A stretch of DNA of 64,000 bases from Polyangiales bacterium. Its GTDB lineage: Bacteria; Myxococcota_A; Polyangia; Polyangiales; Houyiibacteriaceae. The notes under the pieces were generated by a model. The model had not been told where the DNA came from and made no database searches. It saw nothing but the letters and a program-made list of their open reading frames with translations. Of this stretch, positions 1 to 10,155 are shown in pieces (position 1 is the stretch's first letter; each line of letters begins with the position of its first letter). The position numbers and the translations under genes are program-made. Location of the stretch: assembly GCA_965227405.1 (NCBI GenBank), contig OZ245758.1, positions 1,641,693 to 1,705,692 on the forward strand, written 5' to 3'.

Positions 1-2
1 CC

Positions 3-698
3 GTGGACGAATTCGTCGCGCAGTTCGCATGTCTCGCGGTGGTTGGCGACTTGGGTGGATGCGGCTTCGAGCAGCCGCTTGTGGCGACGCTCAAGGCGCT
101 GCTTCCTGCCGACGCTCCGTTTCCGTTCGTGACAGGAACTGCACACGGCGACGGAGCCAACGCTGGCTTTGTGCGGGACGACGCGATCCTTGCTGTGATC
201 GTGGTCTCCGACGAGGACGATTGCTCGATCAAAGACGGTGAGTTCTTCGATCCCGAAAGCGTGGCGTACCCATGGGAAGGACTCGGAGCTGGGAACCTTC
301 GTTGCTTTGCGTACCCAGATGCGCGCGTCGAAATCGATTCGATCGTGTCTGCTCTGCGGACCGTCAAACCCAACCCCGACGATCTTCTCCTCGCTGCGAT
401 CACCGGCGTTCCACCCGATCTTGTCGCCGACCCCGAAACCACCGACTACGAGGCGCTCTTGGCCGACTCCCGGATGCAGGAAATCGTCAATCCAGACCGA
501 CCTCGCGGTGCCCTCTTCCCGGCATGCGACCTCGAGGGGACGGGTTTTGCGCTTCCCGCACGCCGAACAGTTGAAGCCGTCGCTGCATTCGGCGACAACG
601 GGGTCGTGCAATCCATTTGCGATCCCACGTTCGGCCAAGCGCTTCGGGGAATCACGTCGCGATTAGGTTCGTTGATTCGTCGGAGGCGTTGTCGATGA
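3..698 (+). CDS. hypothetical protein, 5' partial (C-terminal 231 aa)
   Basis: ORF open from the window edge; 4-bp ATGA overlap with the epimerase start at 695 suggests translational coupling; no recognisable motif. Confidence 0.45.
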   Translation: MDEFVAQFACLAVVGDLGGCGFEQPLVATLKALLPADAPFPFVTGTAHGDGANAGFVRDDAILAVIVVSDEDDCSIKDGEFFDPESVAYPWEGLGAGNLRCFAYPDARVEIDSIVSALRTVKPNPDDLLLAAITGVPPDLVADPETTDYEALLADSRMQEIVNPDRPRGALFPACDLEGTGFALPARRTVEAVAAFGDNGVVQSICDPTFGQALRGITSRLGSLIRRRRCR

Positions 699-1621
699 CG
701 GTGATTGTGACGGGTGGTGCAGGCTTTATCGGTTCGCACGTGGTCGATGCGTTAATCGCCCGTGGTCAGGACGTCATCGTGATCGATGACCTGAGTAGCG
801 GCCGACGCGAGAACCTGGCGCAGCACCCGGACATCGATCTTCGCGTTGCCGACGTGGCCGACGAATGGCCGCTCAACGACGAGTCGATCGAAGGCATCGT
901 TCACTTGGCCGCGCAGGTTTCCGTCGTGCGTTCGATGCAGGCGCCACTCGATGATCTTCGCGCGAACGCCCAAGGCACGGTGCGCGCGTTGGAAGTCGCA
1001 CGGCAGCGCTCGGTTCCCAAAGTGGTGTTTGCGTCGTCCGCGGCAACGTACGGTGACGTCGAGCACGTCCCGACCCCCGAGGACGCACCGAAAGCTCCAC
1101 TCAGCCCCTATGGGGTCAATAAGTTGGCCGGTGAGAACTGGCTCGGCATGTATGGAGCGGTCCACGGAGTGGGCACCTCCGCGCTGCGCTTCTTCAACGT
1201 CTACGGTCCACGCCAAGATCCCTCGAGCCCCTACTCCGGGGTGATCAGCATCTTCTTGGAGCGAAGCGCACGAGGCGACGGACTGACGATTTACGGCGAC
1301 GGACAGCAAACGCGCGATTTCGTGTACGTCGGCGATGTTGTGCGGGCGATTCTGGCGGCGCTCGATCATCCCGGGTCGACCCCACCGATCAACGTTGGCA
1401 CCGGGAGGAGCGTGACCATCGAGACACTCGCGCATGAGGTCTTGGCGGCAAACAAGGCAGACGTGAAAGTCACGCTCGCGGAAGCACGAACCGGAGACAT
1501 CCGGCATTCCTGTGCAGTCGTCGACCGGCTTGCCGATCTCTTGGGCGTGCGAGCCGAAACCTCGCTTGCCGAGGGTCTGGAAGCGACTGGGCGCTGGTAT
1601 CGCGCGCAAGGCGAGGTATAA
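695..1621 (+). CDS. NAD-dependent epimerase/dehydratase (UDP-glucose 4-epimerase family)
   Basis: N-terminal Rossmann motif MTVIVTGGAGFIGSHVV and YxxxK-type SDR features; start taken at ATG 695, not the upstream TTG at 617. Confidence 0.85.
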   Translation: MTVIVTGGAGFIGSHVVDALIARGQDVIVIDDLSSGRRENLAQHPDIDLRVADVADEWPLNDESIEGIVHLAAQVSVVRSMQAPLDDLRANAQGTVRALEVARQRSVPKVVFASSAATYGDVEHVPTPEDAPKAPLSPYGVNKLAGENWLGMYGAVHGVGTSALRFFNVYGPRQDPSSPYSGVISIFLERSARGDGLTIYGDGQQTRDFVYVGDVVRAILAALDHPGSTPPINVGTGRSVTIETLAHEVLAANKADVKVTLAEARTGDIRHSCAVVDRLADLLGVRAETSLAEGLEATGRWYRAQGEV

Positions 1622-1628
1622 GGGCCGC

Positions 1629-2207
1629 GTGAGCACGCTGTTGATCGGCATTGCTGCGCTCTGCTTGGCTGTCCTCGTCATCTTGGATTTGACGGTGATG
1701 CGTGGAGCCGATCGGTTTGACGGATCCACAACCGAAGACGACGAAGCGCTGACGCCCATGTGGAAGGACGACGTTCCTGGCACGGTCAAAGCCGGACGAT
1801 GGGCGGGTTTGGCTCTTGGTGTGATCAGCTTTCCGGCGACGCTCGCACCGGTCGTGATCACCGTGCTTGCGTTTCAGAAGCATCCGGTGCTTTCGCACGG
1901 CTGGATCTCACTGGTGGCCGTGATCGTCGCAGGTGTGTCGATGAGCGCGGCGGTGAAGTACTTGCGAACCGCTCATCTCTTTCGTGGGTTTGCGCAAGAG
2001 ATGAAGAAGCTGCTGAAGCACACCGTGATCTACCAAGGTCTGTGGACGTTCTTTGTGCTGATCATGCTGGTGTTGATGCGCTCACCGGAGTCGGGGCGGC
2101 TCGTGGCGCTGATCTGGGGTTACGTGGCGATTTCGATCGTGGGCTTTGCCCTGACCGCACTCGCAGCGAAGCAGGCGCTCGTTCCCGACGAAGTCAGCTC
2201 GTTCTAG
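1629..2207 (+). CDS. integral membrane protein, hypothetical
   Basis: about five hydrophobic helices; start moved to GTG 1629 because the ORF-track start at 1512 overlaps the epimerase. Confidence 0.45.
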   Translation: MSTLLIGIAALCLAVLVILDLTVMRGADRFDGSTTEDDEALTPMWKDDVPGTVKAGRWAGLALGVISFPATLAPVVITVLAFQKHPVLSHGWISLVAVIVAGVSMSAAVKYLRTAHLFRGFAQEMKKLLKHTVIYQGLWTFFVLIMLVLMRSPESGRLVALIWGYVAISIVGFALTALAAKQALVPDEVSSF

Positions 2208-2312
2208 ACTTTTCGGGCAGCCACTGGGGTCTGAAGTGTAAACTCCAGGTCTACAGCTGACGCGGATCTCCCGAGGATCTCGTCGGCACGACCTTTGCTC
2301 ATTCCCCGTCTC

Positions 2313-3590
2313 ATGCGACTCCTTCCCCGTCTACTCGCCATTGGAGCGCTGCTGGCCTCTCTCATCCCTGAAGCCGCAGCTGCGCAAACCGGTGTCGTTC
2401 TCCGCTTTCGAGGACCCGGTTCCGGCCAAGCTCGAAACGCCGCAGTCCGCGCAGCCCGTCGCCAGATGGATCTGACCCCTCGCGCACGGGTCGAACGACG
2501 TGCACGACAGATGGGTGCACGCTTGGGAACTCGCGCCGGTCGCGCACGCATCGCCGACGACATGGGAATCGATTACTTCGTGCAAGGTCGCGTGACCGGA
2601 CGTGGCGGCTCGGCTCGCACGCGCATCACGATTTACGGTTCGGACGGGCGCCAACTCGCGTCGCGTCGAGCACGCAGGCCCATCGGCGCAGCAGGACGTG
2701 CCGATGTGACACGCGTCACCGCCGCCGCGCTTCAACACGCCATGGACCGTGACGGCAACGGGCCCGACCCTGTGGAAGAAGAGGAAGTCGAAGAAACACC
2801 GCCTCCGGTTGAAGTTGAGGAACCGGAGGAAGAGGTCGAAGACGAAAGCTCGTCCGAGGGCAACACAGGTTTGCTTCCCGTCGCGCGCATTCTTCTCGGG
2901 GTCGATGCACGAACGCGCGACGTGTCCATCCGACTCGCCGATGGAGTCCGTCGTCGCAACTACGAAACGAACCTCTACCCCGAGATCACCGCGACGATCG
3001 AAGCGCATCCCTTTGCCGGTCGAGAGGGCGGTCTGCGCGGCCTGTACGCACAACTCGACTTCGCGTACGCCGTGGCGCTCGACACGGTCGAACGCGACGC
3101 AGCAAACCCCGCGCTTGTCACCGACGTGAACACCACCGCATGGCGCCTGTTCTTGAACGTGGGCTACCTCGCACCCGTTGCCGATGATCGTGTCCGCATC
3201 GGTGTCCTCGCCGGCTTCGGTCACGACCGCGTGGATCTCGCCCCGAACATGACGCTGCCCTCGAGCCGCTACAACCAGTTCCGATTGGGTATCGCAGCGA
3301 GCTTGGCCAGCTACGGGACGCTCATGCAGACTCGACTCGACGCGGGATACCGCTTCGTCCTGGGCGCCGGTGAACTCTCAGATGCATTTGGCGAGACCAT
3401 CAACGGCGGTGCATTTGACGTCGGTCTGTCGATCGGCGGCTTCATCGAAGCCGGCTTCTCGTACAGCCTGCGCTTCGCCTACACCCGCTACGCAATCGAT
3501 TTTGCGGGACCAGCCCTCGACGAACCTGCCGCCGACGGGACAGACTCGAGCGTATCGTTTGGTCTCCAAATCGGCTGGGCTATTCGCTAG
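2313..3590 (+). CDS. secreted protein with acidic linker and C-terminal beta-barrel-like domain, hypothetical
   Basis: signal peptide MRLLPRLLAIGALLASLIPEAAAAQ; Glu/Pro-rich linker (EEEEVEETPPPVEVEEPEEEVEDE); alternating hydrophobic C-terminal pattern; the ORF-track start is 2295. Confidence 0.5.
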   Translation: MRLLPRLLAIGALLASLIPEAAAAQTGVVLRFRGPGSGQARNAAVRAARRQMDLTPRARVERRARQMGARLGTRAGRARIADDMGIDYFVQGRVTGRGGSARTRITIYGSDGRQLASRRARRPIGAAGRADVTRVTAAALQHAMDRDGNGPDPVEEEEVEETPPPVEVEEPEEEVEDESSSEGNTGLLPVARILLGVDARTRDVSIRLADGVRRRNYETNLYPEITATIEAHPFAGREGGLRGLYAQLDFAYAVALDTVERDAANPALVTDVNTTAWRLFLNVGYLAPVADDRVRIGVLAGFGHDRVDLAPNMTLPSSRYNQFRLGIAASLASYGTLMQTRLDAGYRFVLGAGELSDAFGETINGGAFDVGLSIGGFIEAGFSYSLRFAYTRYAIDFAGPALDEPAADGTDSSVSFGLQIGWAIR

Positions 3591-3595
3591 CGCTT

Positions 3596-5344
3596 GTGCT
3601 GGCGTGCGGAGGCACGTCTTCCCCCGATGCGAGCGTTCCGGATGCAACTCCGGATAGCCACGTTCAAGCGACATCGTGGACTTGGGATCCGTGGCCACAA
3701 GGACCGGTGACCTATCGCGTCGCAATCCCGAGCTGCAACGACGACGCGGCAGAACCCGGACGCTGTTCGCGCGGTTTTGCATGTACCGGCAGCGTGGATG
3801 TTGAACTGGTTGCACTCACTCGCGAGGAACGCGTTTGCGTGGCCGATGGTGTCACGACAATCGCCATCGATCGCTTTGAGGCGTATGAACCGAGCGAACC
3901 CGTCGACGTCACGATCCGAGTCACGCACAACGACGCGCCTTTCGAAGGCCGCGGAACGCTACGCCTGATCGACGAACAAGGCGCTGAGGCGTACTCGGGT
4001 CCTCTCGGCGACATGTCACTACGACTTCAACGCGGCAACTTTCGCGCGCTGGTCAACGTCGAGCCCGATACTCAAGTTCCAGCTTGGACACGCGGCGCAG
4101 CGGTCGTCGTTGGCGACGAAGCGGTCGTCATCCCGCTCGAGTCTGGGCGCTTGGTGTTCGAGGGTGAAGGTCGCGCGAATCTGTTAAATCGGGAAACCGG
4201 TGTCGCGATGGAGACCACGCTTCCGGCCGATCTTCCTGCGGTCGCGGGCACGTACGAAGTCACTCTCGTCCGCGATGCCGGTAGTGCACGTCAGGCTCCG
4301 GTCGATGTCACTGTCGGCGAACAAACGCGAGTCTCGCTCGATGCTGAAGAAGCTAGCGCCGTAGGCGAAGTCCGCGTCGATGGGGAGTTGGTCGCTGTGG
4401 GCACCGTGGTGTTCCACGATCCAGAAACAGGTCACGACGTCCGCGTTCCGATTCGCGAGGGCACCTATCGCACAACGCTCGTGAACCGCGCATGGGCGGT
4501 GTTCCTCGACACGCGCGACGTGGAAGGCCCACTGCCTCAGATGCGCGCCCTCACGCACGAGGCTGCAGCACCGGTCGTTGGGCTCGACCTCGATGTGTCC
4601 ACAGTTTCTCTTCGCGGCACATACAGCGTCGACGGTGTCGCGGCGCCTGTGCTCGGCCAGCGCTACGGGTTTGTCCAAGTTGTCGATGCACTAGGAATCG
4701 CCGGCGCCGGTGTTCCCTTGGAGGATGGAACGTTTGAAGGGCGCATTTACGCGACGCGTGCGTCCTTGGATTTCGTCGGCATGCATTCGACCGCACCGCG
4801 ATTGGCCCAACGCGTGGCGGAGTCGCTGGTGTTGGATGATGTTCCGATCGAAGTCGACATCGAAACCGCGCAGCTGGAAGTAGCACTTCGCGTCAACGGC
4901 GGAACGTTTCCCGTTGGCGCCGATATCGTCCCACGTGGACGCGGCGTGCTGATGGTGCGCGATGATTCGCGCAGTCTCGAGGCGCTGTTCCCTCCGCGTG
5001 GTGAAGCGATCGCGACGATGGTTGTTCCGCCCGGACGCTACACGCTCCTCTACGCCAACGACGAACTCGACGACGTTCCGAGGGGGCAAATCGTGTTGGG
5101 CGAAGTCGAGGTTTCGGGCGAAACGCGGGTCGACTACGACCTAACTCTGCACGAGTTCGCGTTGCAGCTTCCACCGGATGCGGGACGTGCGCAGTTCACC
5201 GGGATCGACGAAGGAAGTTTTGTCGACACCAACGTGACGGGCAGTACACCAGGGACAGCGCGGCTCTTTGGTGGGACGTGGCGAATGCACGAGCTGTGCA
5301 CGGTCGGATGCGGTCGACTCGTCATGGGCTGGTTTTCACTCTGA
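3596..5344 (+). CDS. hypothetical protein, possible lipoprotein
   Basis: 582-aa ORF starting GTG 3596 with ..LACGG.. at the N-terminus; a signal-peptide-like coding stretch lies immediately upstream without a canonical start codon. Confidence 0.5.
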   Translation: MLACGGTSSPDASVPDATPDSHVQATSWTWDPWPQGPVTYRVAIPSCNDDAAEPGRCSRGFACTGSVDVELVALTREERVCVADGVTTIAIDRFEAYEPSEPVDVTIRVTHNDAPFEGRGTLRLIDEQGAEAYSGPLGDMSLRLQRGNFRALVNVEPDTQVPAWTRGAAVVVGDEAVVIPLESGRLVFEGEGRANLLNRETGVAMETTLPADLPAVAGTYEVTLVRDAGSARQAPVDVTVGEQTRVSLDAEEASAVGEVRVDGELVAVGTVVFHDPETGHDVRVPIREGTYRTTLVNRAWAVFLDTRDVEGPLPQMRALTHEAAAPVVGLDLDVSTVSLRGTYSVDGVAAPVLGQRYGFVQVVDALGIAGAGVPLEDGTFEGRIYATRASLDFVGMHSTAPRLAQRVAESLVLDDVPIEVDIETAQLEVALRVNGGTFPVGADIVPRGRGVLMVRDDSRSLEALFPPRGEAIATMVVPPGRYTLLYANDELDDVPRGQIVLGEVEVSGETRVDYDLTLHEFALQLPPDAGRAQFTGIDEGSFVDTNVTGSTPGTARLFGGTWRMHELCTVGCGRLVMGWFSL

Positions 5345-5357
5345 CGTTTGGACCACG

Positions 5358-5966
5358 CTAAGCAGCCGGCCGCATCACTCGCCAGCCCAACCCTAGCGAC
5401 GCCAATCCCAGCACACCCAGCATGACCACAATCGGCCAACGCTCACCTTCGCGCTGATCGTGCCACGCGCGAAGCTCGTCGAGTTCGCCCACGTACACAA
5501 CACGTGCCTGGTTGCCCTCAACCTCCAACGCCACCTGATCGCCTGGACGGATCGCTTTGACGATCACGACGTAGGGCGGTTGCATTCGCTCGCGCGCCTC
5601 TTCTTCGATCGCACCGACGACCGGCAAACCGGCCACGGACTGCACTTCCACGGTGTCCGCAGGCACCAACCCTTGCCACCGATCCGGCTGCGGAAAACGG
5701 TAGGTCTCTCCATCGACCACCACTTCCGGATCGCCTTCGGTCGCCGACCAGCTTTGTTCGAACGCTTGCGAGCCCGACCGCGCAAGTCTCACTTCGCCGT
5801 ACAAAAACGGCTCGCCCGCAGGCGACTCGTGCAGCTCGCCTTCGCCCACAGTGCCGACAACATCTCCAGGCACTTCCATTCCAGTTCCAGACACCGCGAG
5901 TTGGATCGACGCGTAGCTAAACCCGACGCCAGCGAGGAGAGCGATGATTCCGGCCAGTTGCTTCAC
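5358..5966 (-). CDS. membrane-anchored hypothetical protein, co-transcribed with ruvB
   Basis: N-terminal and C-terminal hydrophobic helices; start overlaps the ruvB stop by 4 bp. Confidence 0.5.
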   Translation of the reverse strand: MKQLAGIIALLAGVGFSYASIQLAVSGTGMEVPGDVVGTVGEGELHESPAGEPFLYGEVRLARSGSQAFEQSWSATEGDPEVVVDGETYRFPQPDRWQGLVPADTVEVQSVAGLPVVGAIEEEARERMQPPYVVIVKAIRPGDQVALEVEGNQARVVYVGELDELRAWHDQREGERWPIVVMLGVLGLASLGLGWRVMRPAA

Positions 5967-7012
5967 TCGAAGAGTCCTTGCTGACCGCTTCCCTTCTTGC
6001 CCTTCTTCGTCTTCTTGGCCTTACCAAGATGTTTGAACGCCTTGGGAGTCGCGGTTCGCCCGCGAGGCGTACGCGCAATAAACCCTTGCTGCAACAGATA
6101 CGGTTCGTACACGTCTTCCAACGTATCTCTGGGCTCACTCAGCGCTGCAGCCAAGGTCTCGATCCCCACCGGCCCACCTTCGTAGTGGTCGATGATCACA
6201 CTCAGGTATTTGCGGTCCATCAGATCGAGACCTTCCCGATCCACGTCCAAGCGATCGAGTGCGTCGTCGGCCATCTTCACGTCGAGCGTGCCGTCGCCCA
6301 GCACCTCCGCAAAGTCGCGCGCCCGACGAAGCAGCCGGTTGGCGATACGCGGGGTTCCTCGCGCTCGACGTGCAATCTCCACAGCCGCATCGTCTTCGAT
6401 CGGAACGCCCAGCAACCCAGCGCTTCGCAACACGATCTTCGCCAGGTCTTCGGGCGGGTAGTAGTCGAGTCGCGCGGTATAGCCGAAGCGGGTGCGCATC
6501 GGATTGGTCAGCAACCCCGTTCGCGTCGTGGCACCCACCAACGTAAAGGGATGCAAGGGCAACGAGAGCGTCTGCGCATACGCGCCGTCACCTTGGACGA
6601 TGTCGATGCGAAAGTCCTCAACCGCACTGTAAAGATTCTCTTCGACCACCGGCGGCAAGCGGTGGATCTCGTCGATGAACAAAACGTCGTTGGGATCCAA
6701 CTTCGTCAGCAGCGCCGCCAGTTGTCCTTTGTGTTCGATTGCTGGAGCGGACGCCGCATGAAGAACCACGCCGCGTTCTTGCGCGACGATCGTCGCCAAC
6801 GTGGTCTTGCCCAAACCCGGCGGACCGCAAAACAACACGTGGTCGACCGGGTCGCCGCGTTTCTTCGCCGCTGTGACAAACACGCGCAGGTTATCTTTGA
6901 TCTTCTGCTGTCCAACGAACTCTTCGAACTCCGAAGGCCGTAGCGAAATCTCATACGCCTTTTCGCCCGCAGGCTGCGTCTCCGGATCGAGCGTTTCGTT
7001 GTCGCGCGTCAT
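5963..7012 (-). CDS. ruvB: Holliday junction branch migration ATPase RuvB
   Basis: Walker A motif [11 protein letters not shown] and the RuvB-specific N-terminus ..[18 protein letters not shown]..; overlaps ruvA by 4 bp. Confidence 0.95.
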   Translation of the reverse strand: MTRDNETLDPETQPAGEKAYEISLRPSEFEEFVGQQKIKDNLRVFVTAAKKRGDPVDHVLFCGPPGLGKTTLATIVAQERGVVLHAASAPAIEHKGQLAALLTKLDPNDVLFIDEIHRLPPVVEENLYSAVEDFRIDIVQGDGAYAQTLSLPLHPFTLVGATTRTGLLTNPMRTRFGYTARLDYYPPEDLAKIVLRSAGLLGVPIEDDAAVEIARRARGTPRIANRLLRRARDFAEVLGDGTLDVKMADDALDRLDVDREGLDLMDRKYLSVIIDHYEGGPVGIETLAAALSEPRDTLEDVYEPYLLQQGFIARTPRGRTATPKAFKHLGKAKKTKKGKKGSGQQGLFE

Positions 7013-7605
7013 CGAAGCGCTCCCAACGCGTCACGGAGGATCTCTTCGACCGGCTTCTCCGCAAGCTCGATCGACTCGACCGCGCGCTCGGCTTCGAAGC
7101 GCTTGTAGCCCATCTGCATCAGCGCCGCGATCACCGTGGCCGCCGGTCCCTCCGGAGTCGTCGGCTTGGGTCGCTGCACGTTGGGACGCGGCTTACCCGC
7201 TTTCGCGCCCACGAAAAGCTTGTCCCGCAGATCGAGAAAGATCCGCTCGACTGTCTTCTTCCCCACTCCCGGAATGCCTTTGAGCGCCGTTCGATCTTCA
7301 CGTGCGATTGCATCGGCCAACTGATGCGCGTCGAGCGCTCCCAGAATCGCCATCGCCGACTTGGGCCCCACGTTGGACACACCAAGCAGCGCACGAAACG
7401 CGGCACGATCGGTATCGGTCTGAAAGCCGTAGAGCGCCAGCGCTTCAGCACGAACATGCGTGTGGATATGAAGTGTGATGGGGTCGCCCTCGCTCACCGA
7501 TGCACCAAGCGGCACGAATACTTCGTACCCCACCCCTGCGACGTCGACGATCACCGTCCCGTCGAGACCGATTTCCGCGAGCACGCCCGTGAGTCGCCCG
7601 ATCAC
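7009..7605 (-). CDS. ruvA: Holliday junction DNA-binding protein RuvA
   Basis: MIGRLTGVL.. N-terminus, helix-hairpin-helix motifs [11 protein letters not shown] and [13 protein letters not shown]. Confidence 0.9.
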   Translation of the reverse strand: MIGRLTGVLAEIGLDGTVIVDVAGVGYEVFVPLGASVSEGDPITLHIHTHVRAEALALYGFQTDTDRAAFRALLGVSNVGPKSAMAILGALDAHQLADAIAREDRTALKGIPGVGKKTVERIFLDLRDKLFVGAKAGKPRPNVQRPKPTTPEGPAATVIAALMQMGYKRFEAERAVESIELAEKPVEEILRDALGALR

Positions 7606-7662
7606 CAGGCGAGCCTAGCAGACTTCTATATGGAGTCTTTTGCTCTCGCGGCTGCCTATGCT

Positions 7663-8160
7663 TCAGCGTGCGCGTTGCTGGATGTCTGCCGCACGCAGCG
7701 CTTGCATGTGCGTGATCGCGATCGCCAGCGCGTCGCACGCGTCCTCTGCGGGAAGCGTTCGAATGCCCAGAAGCGCACCGACCAGCGAGGCCACTTGGTC
7801 CTTCTTGGCTGCGCCTCGACCGGTCACCGTCTTCTTCACCACCGCAGGCGGGTAGGCTTCGACGGGAAGGTCCGCACTGGCGGCTGCCAAGAGCGCCACA
7901 CCGCGTGCATGTCCCAACTTGAGCGCAGCGTTCGGATGCTTCGCGAAAAACACGTCCTCCACAGCCACGCTCACCGGCGCGTATTCGGCGATCACCTCGG
8001 CGAGACCGGCATGAATCACTTTCAGCCGAAGCTCGAGAGCTTTTCCCTTCGGCGCACGAATCACACCTGCGGCGATGAGCGTCGCGCGAGGCCCTTTGGT
8101 CTCGATCACGCCCCAACCGGTCTTTAAGGTGCCGGGATCGATACCGAGAACGCGCGCCAC
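7663..8160 (-). CDS. ruvC: crossover junction endodeoxyribonuclease RuvC
   Basis: N-terminus VLGIDPGTLKTGWGV.. carries the catalytic Asp; 165 aa; lies upstream of ruvA-ruvB. Confidence 0.9.
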   Translation of the reverse strand: MARVLGIDPGTLKTGWGVIETKGPRATLIAAGVIRAPKGKALELRLKVIHAGLAEVIAEYAPVSVAVEDVFFAKHPNAALKLGHARGVALLAAASADLPVEAYPPAVVKKTVTGRGAAKKDQVASLVGALLGIRTLPAEDACDALAIAITHMQALRAADIQQRAR

Positions 8161-8176
8161 GCTTTACCCTAGCACC

Positions 8177-10021
8177 GTGGTCGAGACGGGCGACGAGGAG
8201 TTGGCTCGCCTACGCCCGGTGTACGCCGGCGTGGGACTGCTCGTCGCTGTCATCGCGGCTGCGGGTGCGCTTGCCTACTACCTGCAAAGCGAAGTCGACC
8301 CAACGCGCGTGGTGATCGTCGCCACGGGCTGTTCCGACGCGTGTCGTGAGAACCTAGCGCGACGTGCCGAGTTTCTGATGGAGCAACGCGGTTTCGACGT
8401 GCGTGCCCATACCGGTTCACTCGAGCAAGCCATGCGTGAACACGACGCGCTCCACGGTGTGCACATCGAACTGACTCACGAAGCGCGTACACCTTTGGTT
8501 GAAGGTACGCATTCGCTCGAAGTCGTGGTGCAGACGACAAGCACGACACGCAACGAAGCAGAGAGAACATCGAGCTCGCTGACTTTTCTTCGCGAAGCCA
8601 ACACCGCGGACCGAGCGCTCTTGGACGCCGGTCTTGCCGGAGTCGATGCGCTGGTCTCGCAAATGGAAGTCGAGATCCTACGAAGCGCCACGATTGCTCG
8701 CTACGTGGCCGAAGGCGCGAATCCTCACGACCTCGATCGTTTTGAAGCGATCGATCGCGCGCGAAACGGCGTGGCGGACTACGAGCAAGGCCAAGTTCGT
8801 TTTGCCGAGCTATGCGACGAAGTCGCTCAAGAACTCACTGCGGATGGACTGCAGTGTCTCACGCGCAGTTGTGGCAACGAGTACTTGGTGGATGTCGTGG
8901 ATGCCGACACAGCGCTGGTACGTGTCGAAACTGCAGACCCGGTGTTTGTGTTGGGAAGCGCCTCGGACGTCAAACGCGCGGAAGTCCCCGAACGCTACGT
9001 GCTCGCAAAGACCGACGGGACGCGTCAGGACATCCTGGCCACCGGTAACCTCTTTAGCTCGGCGACGCTGTCAAACGACCAGCGCTATCTCGCGTACGTC
9101 GAAATCGCGAGCGAGGGCACCGCTGTGTTGGCGCGACTCGACCTCGAAACCGGCGAACGCAAAGTCGTGCACACGGTTGGTGCACCCGCGCGACTCTTCT
9201 ATCCGGACATTTCACCGAATGGACGTTGGATCGCGTTTGTGCATCGTCCCTTCGCCGGTGCCGATGCCACGATCTACGTCGCGGATACCGAGGGGGAGAC
9301 GTGGGAACCCGCCGAGTTCGCGATCCAAACCCACTGGGTTGAACTCACTTTGTCCGGTGCGTCCGAACCACTCTTGGCGGTGACGATTCCTGCGGAGCGA
9401 GACCAGATCGCACTTGATGCCGATTCCGGGATCGACGAGTCCGAGATCGACGACGACCTCGAAGAAGACGAGCCGGGTGTCAACGTCACTCGCGAACCCG
9501 ACGAAGAGCTACCGCCGTTGACCCACGTGGCGTTGGTTCGGCCCGGCGAAGAGAGTGGCGAAGTCGTCGCGCGAATCGGGGGTGTGCAGCGACACATCGG
9601 AACGGTGGTCGGAACACGCGACAACACGATCGTGCTCACAGGAGCGACACCCTTGATCGGTTGCGAACTCGCGACGTGGACGCCGAGTGAAGAGATGAGC
9701 CTCACCCCGCTACGAACGTGCATCGCGTATCCATCGATTGGGCCCGACGGCGCCTACTACGCCGATGCACCAAGCGAAGATGGAGACGCCGACATTGTGC
9801 GGGTGGATCCGGAAACGGGAACCACCACGCACTTGATGGACAACAACTTGCGCGATCGATGGGCACGCCCTGTTCAGGCCGGTGAGCAGACCCGAGTATT
9901 CTTCGAGCGCATTCCAGAGCGCCGTTACGCACGCCATCCAGTGGCGGGTGTGTGCTGGGTAGACCTGAACACGCCCGCACCCCCATCCGAGGTCACGTCG
10001 GACGTCCGTCCGGGGACGTAG
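8177..10021 (+). CDS. TolB-like beta-propeller (PD40 repeat) protein with N-terminal transmembrane anchor
   Basis: PD40-like repeats (YPDISPNGRWIAFV, DGTRQDILATGNL, RYLAYVEIASEG); the ORF-track start at 8075 overlaps ruvC, so I use GTG 8177. Confidence 0.55.
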   Translation: MVETGDEELARLRPVYAGVGLLVAVIAAAGALAYYLQSEVDPTRVVIVATGCSDACRENLARRAEFLMEQRGFDVRAHTGSLEQAMREHDALHGVHIELTHEARTPLVEGTHSLEVVVQTTSTTRNEAERTSSSLTFLREANTADRALLDAGLAGVDALVSQMEVEILRSATIARYVAEGANPHDLDRFEAIDRARNGVADYEQGQVRFAELCDEVAQELTADGLQCLTRSCGNEYLVDVVDADTALVRVETADPVFVLGSASDVKRAEVPERYVLAKTDGTRQDILATGNLFSSATLSNDQRYLAYVEIASEGTAVLARLDLETGERKVVHTVGAPARLFYPDISPNGRWIAFVHRPFAGADATIYVADTEGETWEPAEFAIQTHWVELTLSGASEPLLAVTIPAERDQIALDADSGIDESEIDDDLEEDEPGVNVTREPDEELPPLTHVALVRPGEESGEVVARIGGVQRHIGTVVGTRDNTIVLTGATPLIGCELATWTPSEEMSLTPLRTCIAYPSIGPDGAYYADAPSEDGDADIVRVDPETGTTTHLMDNNLRDRWARPVQAGEQTRVFFERIPERRYARHPVAGVCWVDLNTPAPPSEVTSDVRPGT

Positions 10022-10155
10022 TCCGTACGGACCCGAACCTGCTTCAAAACGGGCCGTTCCACCGACGTTTTTGGATCCAACGCTTGACACCAAGACGTTT
10101 TGATCGGGAGATCGTCAGCCCTTCCGGCGTAAGAGGATAGTCCAAGGAGGAATGG

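Noticed and set aside
752-1861. 369-aa ORF antisense to the epimerase gene
   Set aside because: Arg/Ala/Pro-rich composition typical of a reverse-frame artefact in high-GC DNA; it fully overlaps a gene with clear motifs.
8075-8176. N-terminal extension of the TolB-like ORF
   Set aside because: Would overlap ruvC by 86 bp on the opposite strand; GTG 8177 gives a sensible TM-anchored start.
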